Source of the DNA: Desulfobulbaceae bacterium
GTDB taxonomy: Bacteria > Desulfobacterota > Desulfobulbia > Desulfobulbales > Desulfocapsaceae
NCBI GenBank assembly: GCA_011391225.1
Contig: JAABQY010000001.1
Location: forward strand, 1 to 50,694
Length of the DNA stretch: 50,694 nt
Direction: 5' to 3'
Part shown: piece after piece, positions 11,176 through 21,683 of the stretch
Layout: every line of letters starts with the position of its first letter
Numbering within the stretch: the first letter of the stretch is position 1
The notes under the pieces: model-generated
Seen by the model: only the letters and a program-made list of their open reading frames with translations
Database searches by the model: none
What the model was told of the DNA's origin: nothing
Made by a program: the position numbers and the translations under genes

Positions 11176-12981
11176 TTATAACTGAGCTGTTGTAGCACTT
11201 ACATATGCTCGAATACCTTCAGCGATCTCTCTGGTAAGCATCTCAAGAAAAGCATGATTCTTCAGATTGTCAACGTCCTTTTCATTACTGATAAATGCCA
11301 ACTCAATAAGTATGGCTGGCATCTGAGCGCCAATAAGGACATAAAAAGGGGCCTGCTTTACACCAAGATTTTTAATATCAGAAAAGCCGCGTTTATCAGC
11401 CTCAGTGAGAATGGAGTTATGAACTTGTTGAGCTAAACGAGAAGATTCATCGATCTTCGAATTTTTCATAATATCTGAAAGAATGTCCTGAAGTTCGCTC
11501 ATCTGATGAGTTGATGTCGCATTTTCTCGGGCTGCAACGCGCATAGCCTCAGCATTCGTTGTGAGATTGAGATAATAGGTTTCAAGGCCTCTCACCTTGG
11601 CGGAGGAATGAGCGTTGATGTGGAGGGAGATAAAAAGATCAGCATTATTGGTATTAGCGAGGGCAGTCCGCTCTTCAAGAGAAATAAAGGTGTCATCTTT
11701 TCTGGTGAGAACGACCTCACAACCAAGCTCTTTTTTGAGTACCGGGGCAAGTCTTTTAGCAACATCTAATACTATATCCTTTTCTTTCAAACCAAAAGCC
11801 ATGGCGCCGGGATCTTTGCCCCCATGGCCGGGGTCAAGAACAATCTTTTTTACCCCAAGCCCTAATTGTTGAGCAAGTGAAAGAGGTTTTATTTCTGGAA
11901 CTGATTCGATCTTGACAGGATCGGAAGACGGTTTGAGGTTCACCGCAACTTTTTTGTTGTCACGCAAAACAACAACATTGCTTGGTGATTCCACTTCTAT
12001 TTGCTTCGCAGGTTTTTTTTCAGTTTTGGCCAGGCCTATGGGTTTTGGTGTTTCCTTGCTAAATTTTTCGCCTCTTACATCAATAACAACACGAAAAGGA
12101 TCGGGAAGACTATAAATTTTGTAGCTGCCGATCGATTCTATATCAAGAACCACGCGAACAGTATCCGAGGAAAACTGGCCAGTACGAATTCGTTTTAGAA
12201 GCCCGTCCTCAATTGGAACAGGGGAGCGATATTGAGGTTCTATATAGCTTTTCTTAAAGTCAATATAGAGTCTTCTTGGTGTATTATCTGTTCCTTCGAG
12301 AAGAATTTCTTTGTAGTTTACCGGACCGGATGCCATTATTACGACACGAGTGTAATTTTCAGAAGACCAGTATTTAACCGGCAAAACATAGCTCAGTTTA
12401 TTATCCCTTGAGGATGAAACCATGATTTTGGGGAGGGCAATGTCGTGCTCAAGGGAAAGAACTTTGAGGAGGTTTTCCGCATCGGGATGCATGTCGCCAT
12501 TTGTAAAGTTGGTGACAATCTCGGTTAAATATTCTGCTGCTTGTTGAGGATTGTTCTTCTTGTCGAGATACAGTTGTCCGAGAGCAAAGAAAGCATCATC
12601 GGCAAGTCGATGTTGTGGAAAAAGTTTGGTAGTTTCTTTAAAGTATGAGATTGATTCATCAAGATCGAGACCATTTTGAAATCTCTCGTACATTTCACCA
12701 TATATGCGGCCTAGCATAAACAGACAGGATGGGGCAATTTCCGATTTTGGGTTGGAAAGATAGATACGGCGGAAATTCCGGGTGCCTTTCAACCAGTTAT
12801 CTCGAGATGTTGAGATCTTTGGGGTGGTCTGCAGTTGATTATAGTAGAATTTTGCTTCGTCGTAGAGCCTGCCAACTGGAAGTGGTTTGTCGCGGTCTTC
12901 TTCTGCTAATTGACTATTGGCAGGAATGCACAGCAGGGTCGTAATAAATAAAACGGAAATATAGATGACTGTGCGAATCAT
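11176..12981 (-). CDS. N-acetylmuramoyl-L-alanine amidase (signal peptide + TPR-like + AMIN + Amidase_3)
   Basis: IVLDPGHGGKDPGA, EK, ADLFISLHINA and PAILIELAFISN. AMIN-like VRVVLD and PFRVVIDV. Confidence 0.93.
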   Translation of the reverse strand: MIRTVIYISVLFITTLLCIPANSQLAEEDRDKPLPVGRLYDEAKFYYNQLQTTPKISTSRDNWLKGTRNFRRIYLSNPKSEIAPSCLFMLGRIYGEMYERFQNGLDLDESISYFKETTKLFPQHRLADDAFFALGQLYLDKKNNPQQAAEYLTEIVTNFTNGDMHPDAENLLKVLSLEHDIALPKIMVSSSRDNKLSYVLPVKYWSSENYTRVVIMASGPVNYKEILLEGTDNTPRRLYIDFKKSYIEPQYRSPVPIEDGLLKRIRTGQFSSDTVRVVLDIESIGSYKIYSLPDPFRVVIDVRGEKFSKETPKPIGLAKTEKKPAKQIEVESPSNVVVLRDNKKVAVNLKPSSDPVKIESVPEIKPLSLAQQLGLGVKKIVLDPGHGGKDPGAMAFGLKEKDIVLDVAKRLAPVLKKELGCEVVLTRKDDTFISLEERTALANTNNADLFISLHINAHSSAKVRGLETYYLNLTTNAEAMRVAARENATSTHQMSELQDILSDIMKNSKIDESSRLAQQVHNSILTEADKRGFSDIKNLGVKQAPFYVLIGAQMPAILIELAFISNEKDVDNLKNHAFLEMLTREIAEGIRAYVSATTAQL

Positions 12982-13138
12982 TGTATTAAGAAAACTTTGC
13001 TCCTTGAAAGAAAGATCGGATCTGTAATAGAAAGACCGGTTCTTTGATAACAGGCGCTATTATACAGGAAACATCGGGACATGGCAAAATAAATAGGGCA
13101 ATGAAACCAGGCAGCTCAAGACGACCACCTATTAAGAG

Positions 13139-13168
13139 CTCAATGCACATAACATTGTACGCATTGAG
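13139..13168 (-). terminator. Hairpin downstream of mutS
   Basis: CTCAATGC / GCATTGAG inverted repeat, extendable by G-U pairs on the minus strand. No clear U-tract. Confidence 0.3.
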
Positions 13169-13246
13169 AGGTGATGGTGGGAAAAAAGTACAGGAGTATG
13201 TAGATCGCTATGTTGGTTGCAGGAGTCGACGTAAACAACATAACAA

Positions 13247-15907
13247 TTAAATATTTAACATCTTTTTTAAAGAATAGAGACTGGTCAGGGCATCTAAAGG
13301 AGAACATTCATCGAGATTGATCTTTTTAAGATATTCTCTTACCGAATCAGTGGGAGGTGAAAAGAGAGAGAGCTGGTCCGGACATTTTTTCGTGGGCCTC
13401 TCTTTTTTCATTGAACGTACGTCAGCAGTGAACTGCTGAAAGTTTCCAAGCTCTATGTCTTTAAGGATTTCCTTTGCTCTTTTTACAACACTGTCGGGAA
13501 CACCTGCCAGACCTGCGACTTGGATTCCATAGCTCCTGCTGGTGCCACCTTTTACCAGTTTGTGGAGAAAGATGATATTTCCCTGCCATTCACGAACAGC
13601 GATGGAATAATTCTGAACCCGTCGGTTGCCTGTAGCTAATTCAGTCAGTTCATGATAGTGGGTGGCAAAGAGGGTCTTAACACCTTTACGGTTCTTTTCA
13701 ACAAGGTCTTCTGCTACTGCCCAAGCGATTGAAAGACCATCAAAGGTTGAGGTTCCTCTGCCAATTTCATCGAGAATGACCAGACTTCTATCGGTAGCAT
13801 TGTTGAGGATGTTGGCTGTTTCACTCATTTCGACCATAAAGGTTGATTGGCCACGCCGAAGATTATCCATGGCGCCGACACGGGTGAAAATCCGATCGAC
13901 AATACCGATACTGGCACTTTCTGCCGGGACATAGCAGCCCATCTGCGCCATGAGAACTATCAAGGCTGTTTGGCGCAGGATTGTCGATTTTCCAGCCATA
14001 TTTGGTCCAGTAATAATGAGCATCTCTTCGGTTTTCTGGTCGAGGTGGACATCGTTAGGTACAAATTTACCTGATGGCAGAGATCTTTCAATAACCGGAT
14101 GACGGCCTTCGATAATGACAATATCTTCACCATTATGCACTTCCGGACGACGATAGTTATACTTATATGCAACCTCAGCGCTGGTTGAAAGAAAATCGAG
14201 TTGGGCAAGAAAGCGGGCAGTTTTTTGGATGCGACTGGAATTTTCAGAAAGTCGCGAACGAATGGCAACAAACAGCTGGTGTTCCAATTCGATTCGACGC
14301 TCTTCCGCCCCGACAACTCGATCTTCAAAATCTTTCAGTTCAGGGGTTATAAAGCGTTCAGCATTGACCAGGGTTTGTTTACGGATATAGTGGTCCGGGG
14401 CTTTTGCTTCATTGGCCTTGCTCATCTCAATGAAGTAACCGAAAACTTTATTGTAGCCGATTTTGAGTTTTGCGATGCCGGTGGCGTCTCTTTCGCGATT
14501 TTCGAGATCGAGTATGAGCTTTTTTTGATCACGCAGCAGAACAACAATTTCGTCCAGTTCTTCATTGTAACCTGGTTTGATCAGATAACCTTCTCTGATA
14601 CTTACCGGAGCTTCTACATTTATTGCCGTTTCAAGCAGCGCCTGTAAATCGGATAAACAGTCAAGTTGCTGTCGTATGGCGATGAGCCGAGCGGTATCAC
14701 ATTTTTTCAGGAGGTTCAGGATCGCAGGAAGGCAGGCCAAGGAGTTTTTCATTGCCAACATATCTCGACCGTTGCCGGAACCGAGAATCATTCTGCTGTT
14801 GAGACGCTCTAAGTCATAAACGTTATCGAGGAGGGTTCTCAATTCCTTGCGTATCGAGCTATTCATGAAAAAGCAAGTGACGGCGTCTAGTCGATCGATA
14901 ATTCGGTCGATTTGCTGCAGCGGGAAGAGCAGATTATGTTTCAATAATCTGGCTCCCATTGGGGTGCAGGTATGATCGAGAACGGAAAGCAAAGAGCCTT
15001 GCCGATGTCCTCCGGCAAGAGTCTGGATAAGCTCGAGGTTGCGGCGGGATGAGTCGTCGATATGCAGGATGGAACCAATGTCGAGGGGTGCTAGCTTTTC
15101 AATATGGTGGATAGCTGTTTTTTGTGTTTCGCGAATGTATTCAAGAAGCGCCCCGGCGGCGAGTATGCCTGAAGTGAAATGTCCACAGCCAAAACCATCA
15201 AGGGTAAGTACCTGGAAGTGTTCAAGGAGCGTTTCCAGGGCGGTGTCCTTTTGGTAAATGGAACTCTTTCTTTCGGTGATACAGAGGTCGGGAAGAATGG
15301 TAAGCAATTGTTGAAGAAAAGGGGCGAGACGCATCATTTCACTTGAAGAGATGAGCAACTCAGAAGGGGTGAGTCGTGTTAACTGGTCGAATATATTATC
15401 GGCTTTTTCAGGTTGTGCGGGAAATTCACCGACGAGAAATTCGCCGGTGCTGACATCAAGAAAACTGATGCCATAAGCTTGGCTATTAGCAGCTTCATTG
15501 CTCGCAAGGGAACATAGATAATTATTGCTTTTTCCATCAAGCAACTGATCATCGGTAATGACTCCGGGGGATACGATTCGCACGACTTCTCTTTTTACTA
15601 TACCTTTGGCTTCAGCAGGATCCTCAGTTTGCTCACATATTGCAACACGTTGGCCAGCCTGAATGAGTTTCGCAAGATAGGTTTGGGCGGCATGGTAGGG
15701 GATACCGCACATGGGGACTTGCACCTGGTCACTTTTTTTGTTTCTTGAGGTGAGCGTAATACCGAGAATTTTTGAGGCGGCGATGGCATCATCAAAAAAC
15801 ATTTCGTAAAAATCCCCCATCCTGTAGAAAAGAATGGCATTTTCATGTTGCTCTTTAATTTCGAGGTACTGCTGCAGCATAGGGGTGATTTTGGTTATGG
15901 CATCCAT
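13247..15907 (-). CDS. mutS: DNA mismatch repair protein MutS
   Basis: TPMLQQY, GDFYEMF, TGPNMAGKST, STFMVEM, DEIGRGTST, FATHYHEL. Confidence 0.99.
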   Translation of the reverse strand: MDAITKITPMLQQYLEIKEQHENAILFYRMGDFYEMFFDDAIAASKILGITLTSRNKKSDQVQVPMCGIPYHAAQTYLAKLIQAGQRVAICEQTEDPAEAKGIVKREVVRIVSPGVITDDQLLDGKSNNYLCSLASNEAANSQAYGISFLDVSTGEFLVGEFPAQPEKADNIFDQLTRLTPSELLISSSEMMRLAPFLQQLLTILPDLCITERKSSIYQKDTALETLLEHFQVLTLDGFGCGHFTSGILAAGALLEYIRETQKTAIHHIEKLAPLDIGSILHIDDSSRRNLELIQTLAGGHRQGSLLSVLDHTCTPMGARLLKHNLLFPLQQIDRIIDRLDAVTCFFMNSSIRKELRTLLDNVYDLERLNSRMILGSGNGRDMLAMKNSLACLPAILNLLKKCDTARLIAIRQQLDCLSDLQALLETAINVEAPVSIREGYLIKPGYNEELDEIVVLLRDQKKLILDLENRERDATGIAKLKIGYNKVFGYFIEMSKANEAKAPDHYIRKQTLVNAERFITPELKDFEDRVVGAEERRIELEHQLFVAIRSRLSENSSRIQKTARFLAQLDFLSTSAEVAYKYNYRRPEVHNGEDIVIIEGRHPVIERSLPSGKFVPNDVHLDQKTEEMLIITGPNMAGKSTILRQTALIVLMAQMGCYVPAESASIGIVDRIFTRVGAMDNLRRGQSTFMVEMSETANILNNATDRSLVILDEIGRGTSTFDGLSIAWAVAEDLVEKNRKGVKTLFATHYHELTELATGNRRVQNYSIAVREWQGNIIFLHKLVKGGTSRSYGIQVAGLAGVPDSVVKRAKEILKDIELGNFQQFTADVRSMKKERPTKKCPDQLSLFSPPTDSVREYLKKINLDECSPLDALTSLYSLKKMLNI

Positions 15908-15915
15908 GATCAGAT

Positions 15916-16410
15916 TTATTTATAGAGAGAAAGAAAATCGGGGGCAAGTCGGTCAAAGGTCGCTTCGATATGTTCGGGAATTGTCCTAATGTCGGCGAGA
16001 ACGGTGATAAAATTGTGGTCACCGTTCCAGCGTGGAACCATATGAAAATGGAGGTGGTCGGCGATACCTGCTCCGGCAATGGAGCCAATATTGCATCCGA
16101 TATTAAAGCCATCGGGAGTTAGATGTTTCTTTAAAAGAGTCGTTGCTTTTTTGATCATTTCCATTATTGCATGGCTTTCCTGTTGTGAAAGATCGGTAAT
16201 ACAGGCCACATGGCGAATCGGGGCGACAAGCAGATGACCATTACTGTATGGGTAGCGGTTGAGAAGGACAATAACTAAGGAGTCGCGATACAGGAGAAGT
16301 TGATTCTTATCAGCAAAAGCCTGGCCGCTCGGTTCAAAAATACATCCAGGTGTTTTCGAAGCATTGCCGAGGACATGTTGAATGCGCCAAGGGGCCCAGA
16401 GGGTTTTCAT
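15916..16410 (-). CDS. HIT-family nucleotide hydrolase
   Basis: LWAPWR, LNRYPYSNGHLLV, GFNIG and the triad HLHFH followed by VPRW. Confidence 0.95.
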   Translation of the reverse strand: MKTLWAPWRIQHVLGNASKTPGCIFEPSGQAFADKNQLLLYRDSLVIVLLNRYPYSNGHLLVAPIRHVACITDLSQQESHAIMEMIKKATTLLKKHLTPDGFNIGCNIGSIAGAGIADHLHFHMVPRWNGDHNFITVLADIRTIPEHIEATFDRLAPDFLSLYK

Positions 16411-16904
16411 GGCACAAGAGGAAGGCTGTGAATGAAAGGTTGAATGGCGGTGTCAAAAAGATGGAGAAGCGCACAGGTTCCGGCAACTTCATGTTTGCCC
16501 GTGCCCTGGAAACTGCCAGGATTAACGAGCAGTGTGTTACCGATTTTACAACATGCTGGAAGGTGGGTATGGCCATAGATAATGCAGTCGACGGTCGGAA
16601 ATCGATCGAGCACCCTATCTTCAATATTGTGCCGTGGACCTGCACCGTGGATGATTCCGATAGAAAAGCCGGCAATGACGACCAGTTTTTCTTCAGGTAA
16701 CACCTGTCTGGCTGACCAGCTGCACATATTGCCGCTGACGGCATGTATATCTTTCCCCTTAAAGGCCGAAAGAATAGAAATATCGGTGAGATATCCGGCG
16801 TAAATTACTGCGTCGCATCGATCAAAGGCAGTGACGCATTGACGAACAAAGCTGTCGCTGATCGAGGACATGTGGGTGTCAGAAAGAACTCCAGCGAGTT
16901 TCAT
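16407..16904 (-). CDS. YfcE/MJ0936-type metallophosphoesterase (possibly degenerate)
   Basis: SDTH, GN, IHG, GHTH and NPGS motifs. Start ATG 16904 follows GGAG (the ORF-track start 17084 is too long). Motif II reads YAGY instead of HAGD. Confidence 0.85.
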   Translation of the reverse strand: MKLAGVLSDTHMSSISDSFVRQCVTAFDRCDAVIYAGYLTDISILSAFKGKDIHAVSGNMCSWSARQVLPEEKLVVIAGFSIGIIHGAGPRHNIEDRVLDRFPTVDCIIYGHTHLPACCKIGNTLLVNPGSFQGTGKHEVAGTCALLHLFDTAIQPFIHSLPLVP

Positions 16905-17227
16905 TGCACATTCTCCATAGGTTGATGGCATATTATAATCAGAACGTATGCCAAAGCATCGAAAATAATAAGACCTGGCAATTTGCATTAATGATAGCAC
17001 AAAAAGCCGCTTGAAAGGAAAAACGACGGACGGCTTTACCGATAAAATTGATCTTTTACGGTTGCAGAATTGGGCCGAAGACAAGTATAATGCGGGATTT
17101 TTAATACCTCAAACAGCAACAACCCATCCAAGTTAGCCCAGATCCCTTTTTATCGGGTGATTTGGTGCGATCGATAATTGTATTTTGCCGGTACACGGTT
17201 CAGATTAAGAAGATATGGAGAAGTACC

Positions 17228-17791
17228 ATGCTCAGTGCCTCTGATTTACGCAAAGGTTTAAAAGTTCAGATAGATGGAAACCCTTACATTGTTACGGAGT
17301 TTGAGTTTTCTAAACCCGGGAAGGGACAGGCTCTCTACCGATGTAAGATGAGAAACATGATTTCCGGGAATCAGCTAGTTAAAACCTACCGTTCAAACGA
17401 CAAATTTGAAAAAGCTGAACTTGATGAAAGAAAGATGCAATTTCTCTACAATCAAGGGGAAGAATTTCATTTTATGGATACCGACAATTATGAGCAGCTC
17501 AGTCTGACAAAGGAGCAGATGGGAGACAATATCAATTACCTCCTCGAGAATATGGATGTTGTTGTTCTCTTCTTTGATGGCAAACCCATTGATATCACTC
17601 TTCCAACCTTTGTCAATCTGGCAGTCACCCGAGCCGATCCATGGGCAAAGGGTGACACCTCAGGAAATGACACCAAGCCGGTTACCGTCCAGACGGGCTA
17701 TGAATTGCAAGTACCACCCTTTGTCGAGGAAGGTGATAGAATTCAGATCGATACTCGAACCGGGCAGTATGTCACCCGGGTAAAAGAGTAG
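17228..17791 (+). CDS. efp: Translation elongation factor P
   Basis: DLRKG, KPGKGQA loop, KGDTSG, VPPFVEEGD, DTRTGQYV. ATG 17228 follows GGAG. Confidence 0.98.
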   Translation: MLSASDLRKGLKVQIDGNPYIVTEFEFSKPGKGQALYRCKMRNMISGNQLVKTYRSNDKFEKAELDERKMQFLYNQGEEFHFMDTDNYEQLSLTKEQMGDNINYLLENMDVVVLFFDGKPIDITLPTFVNLAVTRADPWAKGDTSGNDTKPVTVQTGYELQVPPFVEEGDRIQIDTRTGQYVTRVKE

Positions 17792-17796
17792 AATCA

Positions 17797-18717
17797 GTGC
17801 TGAGCATTGAAGGCTTGCACAAACGTGCAGCCTTTTTTCGTTGCATCAGGTCTTTCTTTCACAACCAGGGGTTTCTTGAAGTCGATACCCCCTTGCGCCA
17901 GCCCGTCTATATTCCGGAAAGCAATATCGTCCCAATTTCCTCGGAGGGCCAGTATCTCCAGAGTTCTCCTGAATTGTGCATGAAAAGGATCCTTGCACAT
18001 GGCTGCGACAAGATCTTTCAGCTGAGTCACTGTTTTCGTAAAGGTGAGCTCGGCAGGCTTCATCTCGAAGAGTTTCAGTTGCTTGAATGGTACAGAACGG
18101 ACTGCGATTATACGCAGCTGATGGATGATTGTGAGGCTTTCCTGCGATTTCTTTCCGAAGCACTGAAAGATTATTCAGTTTCCTGCGGTAATTCGGATGA
18201 CACTGAGCTGTTTTCAGGCATTGACTTGTCTGGTAGCTGGCGGAAATTGACGGTTGCAGAGGCCTTCGCCGAATACAGCCCGATACCAATGGAAAAAACT
18301 ATAAGTACTGGGAACTTTGATGAAATTCTCACAGAATATGTCGAACCTCATCTGGGCCTTGAGGCACCTGTGTTTCTTTATGCCTACCCCCAGCAGCTTG
18401 CTTCTCTGGCGCGCAAAAGTCCATCCAACCCAAGCATAGCAGAACGTTTCGAGCTCTATATCCAAGGGGTCGAAGTTGCAAATGGTTTTTCAGAACTCAC
18501 CGACGAGCATGAGCAACGGACCCGCTTTGAGGAAGAAATTGCCGTTATCAGCGCTCATTACGGACGTGACGTTGTCATGCCCGAGCGCTTTCTGCATGAT
18601 CTTGGAAAATTAACAGAGGCAGCGGGCATTGCTCTGGGTGTTGATCGTCTTTTCATGCTTGCAATGAACTGGAAAAGCATATCATCGGCAGTGACCTTCG
18701 CGCCGGATGATTTCTGA
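17797..18717 (+). CDS. epmA: EF-P lysine aminoacylase (GenX/PoxA)
   Basis: YLQSSPELCMKR, CFRKGE, ERFELY, ANGFSELTD, GIALGVDRL. LysRS-like catalytic domain only, directly after efp. Confidence 0.95.
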   Translation: MLSIEGLHKRAAFFRCIRSFFHNQGFLEVDTPLRQPVYIPESNIVPISSEGQYLQSSPELCMKRILAHGCDKIFQLSHCFRKGELGRLHLEEFQLLEWYRTDCDYTQLMDDCEAFLRFLSEALKDYSVSCGNSDDTELFSGIDLSGSWRKLTVAEAFAEYSPIPMEKTISTGNFDEILTEYVEPHLGLEAPVFLYAYPQQLASLARKSPSNPSIAERFELYIQGVEVANGFSELTDEHEQRTRFEEEIAVISAHYGRDVVMPERFLHDLGKLTEAAGIALGVDRLFMLAMNWKSISSAVTFAPDDF

Positions 18718-18973
18718 TAGGCGTTTTCTTGTGCCCAAGTTTATTGTTCAAGCAGGTCTGTTATCATCATCACCATCTTGCTGCTGTGTCTGCCAGTTGG
18801 GTTGGGGGGTGATATCTTATCACGCCGAAAGTGTACCAAGCGATGAGTCTGCTCAGTTACGAGCAGCAAAAAATCAGTCCTAATAAAATACTTTAAGACT
18901 CATCAATAAGAGCTATCCGTATGGTAATTACCTATAAGAAAAAAGAATATTAAGGTTGCATGAATTGCTGCCG

Positions 18974-20773
18974 TCACCTCTTGCCAGGGTCATTTTTTTT
19001 AAAGTTCGGAAAAGCCTTTTTACCGGGCGCTTTTCGTTGACAATACTTTTCCAGAAGGCGTCGTTCCTTTTGCCGGTCCGAGTGGCAGCGGGGAACAGTG
19101 ATTGCCTGTTTAGTGTCCGGCCTGAGACCGGTCACAAACATAGCTGTTGAAAGGGTGCCTGGAGTAGGGGTGAAATCTTGAAATTTTCTTGCCTTTAGTG
19201 CCAGCCTTTGCAAGTCTTTGCCAAGTTTCTCGACTAACTTCGGCATAGAGCCCGGATGAGAAAGTATAATATAGGGAGTAAGTTCGATTTTTTTCCCGAT
19301 TTTTTTCCCGATTTCCCGGCATTTTCCGACAAAATTTTCAAGAAGAGCATGGGGCTCTTTATGCATGAGATTGAGCAAGCCTTCATCGCTGTGTTCAGGA
19401 GCAATTTTCATTGCCCCGGGGGTGTGCGACCGGAGCAAGGTTTCCAGCAAACGTGGGGTTTGCAGAAGAAGTTCCATCCTCAATCCGGATGAGATAAAAA
19501 GGTGTTTTATACCATCTATCTTTGATACTTCTTTGAGTAGTGATAGAAATGAATCTTCGTCAATTCGCAGGTTGGGGCAGAGTTTTGGGTAGAGGCAATC
19601 GCGTTTTTTACACAATCCGATATTGCAACTCGTTCCGTAGAGATTGGCCGTCGGTCCACCAAGATCGCTAATGGTTCCACCAAAATCTGGCATCTGCGCA
19701 ATACGTTGGCATTCTGAAAGGATCGAATTCTTGCTGCGCGAGATAATAGCCGGCCCCTGGTGTCTTGTGATGGCGCAAAAGGAGCAGTTTCCTGAACAGC
19801 CTCTGACGATTGTCACCGAATCTCTGATCATTCTGTAGGCGGGGATTTCCTGTTCGGGCGGATGTGGTCGGCGTGTGAAAGGCAGACTATAGAGGGCATC
19901 AAGTTCCTCAGGGGTTAGTGGTGGAGGAGAAGGATGCTGAACGACCCAGTGGGTCTGTTGGCGTTGTGCAATGATTCTCAGGGAACAGGCTCTGGCATGC
20001 CGGTCAAGGTCTATTTCGGCATCAAGGAATAAATCCGATTTGTTACCAATTTCTTCCCATGAAGGAAGGACGAGGTATTTCTTGGTGTTTTTTTGCTCGA
20101 AATCCGGAAAATGAGCGGACATCTCTCGGTCGGTAAGTCGCTGGCAGGTGCCGGCAATGTTAGAGAATGGAGATTTACGGCGGCAAACGGCGGCGATTTC
20201 CAGTACAGCTTTTTCGCCCATCCCGTATACAAGAATATCAGCTTTGGCATCGGTCAGAAATGAAGAACGAAGGCCCTCCTGTTTATAATCATAATGGACA
20301 AACCTTCGAAGAGAGGCTTCAATTCCTCCAAGGACAATAGGCACTTCACGAAATACCGAGCGGGCAAGGCTTGCATAGAGCAGAGTGGCACGGTCGGGGC
20401 GTCGTCGCTCGGTCTTGCTCTGTATCGCGCCACGCCAGGGATTGCCGTCGTGGGAATAAGCGTCGGTGTCGCGAACCTTGCCGTTACCGCTGTAATTGGC
20501 GACAATCGAGTCAAGGTTCCCAGCGGTTATGCCACAAAAGAGGCGCGGCACAGGGAACGAGCTGAAATCAGCTGAAGTATCAAAGCGCGGCTGGGGGAGA
20601 ATCGCAACTCGGTAACCATGACTGAGAAGCAGGCGGCCGATAAGCGCCACGCCGTAGGAAGGATGGTCGACGTAACCATCCCCGGTAACAAGCAGGATGT
20701 CAAGCTGAGCCCAGCCTCTGGCTGTACATTCTTCCCAGGATGTAGGCAGAGCGGAAGGTTTGCAAATGGTCAT
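18974..20773 (-). CDS. YgiQ-family (UPF0313) radical SAM protein
   Basis: GDGYVDHPSYG, GNLDS, RGCSGNCSFC (CxxxCxxC), DLGGPTANLYG, APEH, QDFTPTP. Confidence 0.93.
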   Translation of the reverse strand: MTICKPSALPTSWEECTARGWAQLDILLVTGDGYVDHPSYGVALIGRLLLSHGYRVAILPQPRFDTSADFSSFPVPRLFCGITAGNLDSIVANYSGNGKVRDTDAYSHDGNPWRGAIQSKTERRRPDRATLLYASLARSVFREVPIVLGGIEASLRRFVHYDYKQEGLRSSFLTDAKADILVYGMGEKAVLEIAAVCRRKSPFSNIAGTCQRLTDREMSAHFPDFEQKNTKKYLVLPSWEEIGNKSDLFLDAEIDLDRHARACSLRIIAQRQQTHWVVQHPSPPPLTPEELDALYSLPFTRRPHPPEQEIPAYRMIRDSVTIVRGCSGNCSFCAITRHQGPAIISRSKNSILSECQRIAQMPDFGGTISDLGGPTANLYGTSCNIGLCKKRDCLYPKLCPNLRIDEDSFLSLLKEVSKIDGIKHLFISSGLRMELLLQTPRLLETLLRSHTPGAMKIAPEHSDEGLLNLMHKEPHALLENFVGKCREIGKKIGKKIELTPYIILSHPGSMPKLVEKLGKDLQRLALKARKFQDFTPTPGTLSTAMFVTGLRPDTKQAITVPRCHSDRQKERRLLEKYCQRKAPGKKAFPNFKKNDPGKR

Positions 20774-20850
20774 GTTTTTATATTAACGAGTATAAATATT
20801 TTTGCAAAAACGAATACCCACTTGAAGGCTGGATCATTTCTGCCTTGACG

Positions 20851-21666
20851 TTATTGAGAGCTATTGTTCCGGGAATGCAAACGGTACTTCCATACCAGAG
20901 TTCCGCCGGCTATCATGGCGCCACTGAGAAACTGCCCCATAGTGAATAAGCCAAAAAATAGGCCTAGTTGTGGGTCAGGTTCGCGGAAATTTTCAACAAG
21001 TATCCGCATGCAACCATAGCCAACGAGAAACAGTGCGAAGATGCTGCCGTGAGGCCAGTACGTGTTTTGTTGCCAAGGCCTTCGTCGCATGGTCCAGAGA
21101 AGGATAAAGAGCAGCAGGCCTTCCAGCAAGGATTCGTAGAGCTGAGAAGGGTGGCGCGGCAATGGGCCGCCATCCGGAAACACCATGCCCCAGGACAGGG
21201 TGGTTATGCGGCCGAATAATTCACCGTTGATGAAATTGCCGACTCTGCCCAGTCCAATGCCGATAGGGATGGTCGCGGCATAAAGATCGGCTGCTTGCCA
21301 GAAATCGATCTTTTTTGTTCTACAAAACAGCCATCCGCAAATAATAATTGCCAGACACGCCCCGTGAAACGACATGCCGCCACTCCAAGTAGCCGGGATC
21401 TCTAAGGGATGGGCGAGATAGTAGGAGAAATTGTAGAAGAGGACATAACCCAGTCGACCACCAACAACAACGGCAAGAATAAGGACCATATTGAGGTTTT
21501 CAAACTGCTCCCCGAGCCGTTGGAAATTAACTTCCCGAATCTGTTTACGTACCAGATAATAGCTGGCAAGAAAACCGAGGACGTACATCAGTCCGTACCA
21601 ACGGATATGCAGCGGACCAAGGCTAAAAATAATCGGGTCAATATGCGGGAAAGTGAGAAATGGCAT
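20851..21666 (-). CDS. lgt: Prolipoprotein diacylglyceryl transferase
   Basis: IRWYGLMY, GGRLGYVLFY, GGMSFHG, GRVGNFINGELFGR, HPSQLYE. Confidence 0.98.
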   Translation of the reverse strand: MPFLTFPHIDPIIFSLGPLHIRWYGLMYVLGFLASYYLVRKQIREVNFQRLGEQFENLNMVLILAVVVGGRLGYVLFYNFSYYLAHPLEIPATWSGGMSFHGACLAIIICGWLFCRTKKIDFWQAADLYAATIPIGIGLGRVGNFINGELFGRITTLSWGMVFPDGGPLPRHPSQLYESLLEGLLLFILLWTMRRRPWQQNTYWPHGSIFALFLVGYGCMRILVENFREPDPQLGLFFGLFTMGQFLSGAMIAGGTLVWKYRLHSRNNSSQ

Positions 21667-21683
21667 AGTATGATGGACTGTGC

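Noticed and set aside
13044-13250. 68-aa plus-strand ORF between the amidase and mutS
   Set aside because: TTG start without SD, no motif, and it overlaps the presumed amidase promoter region.
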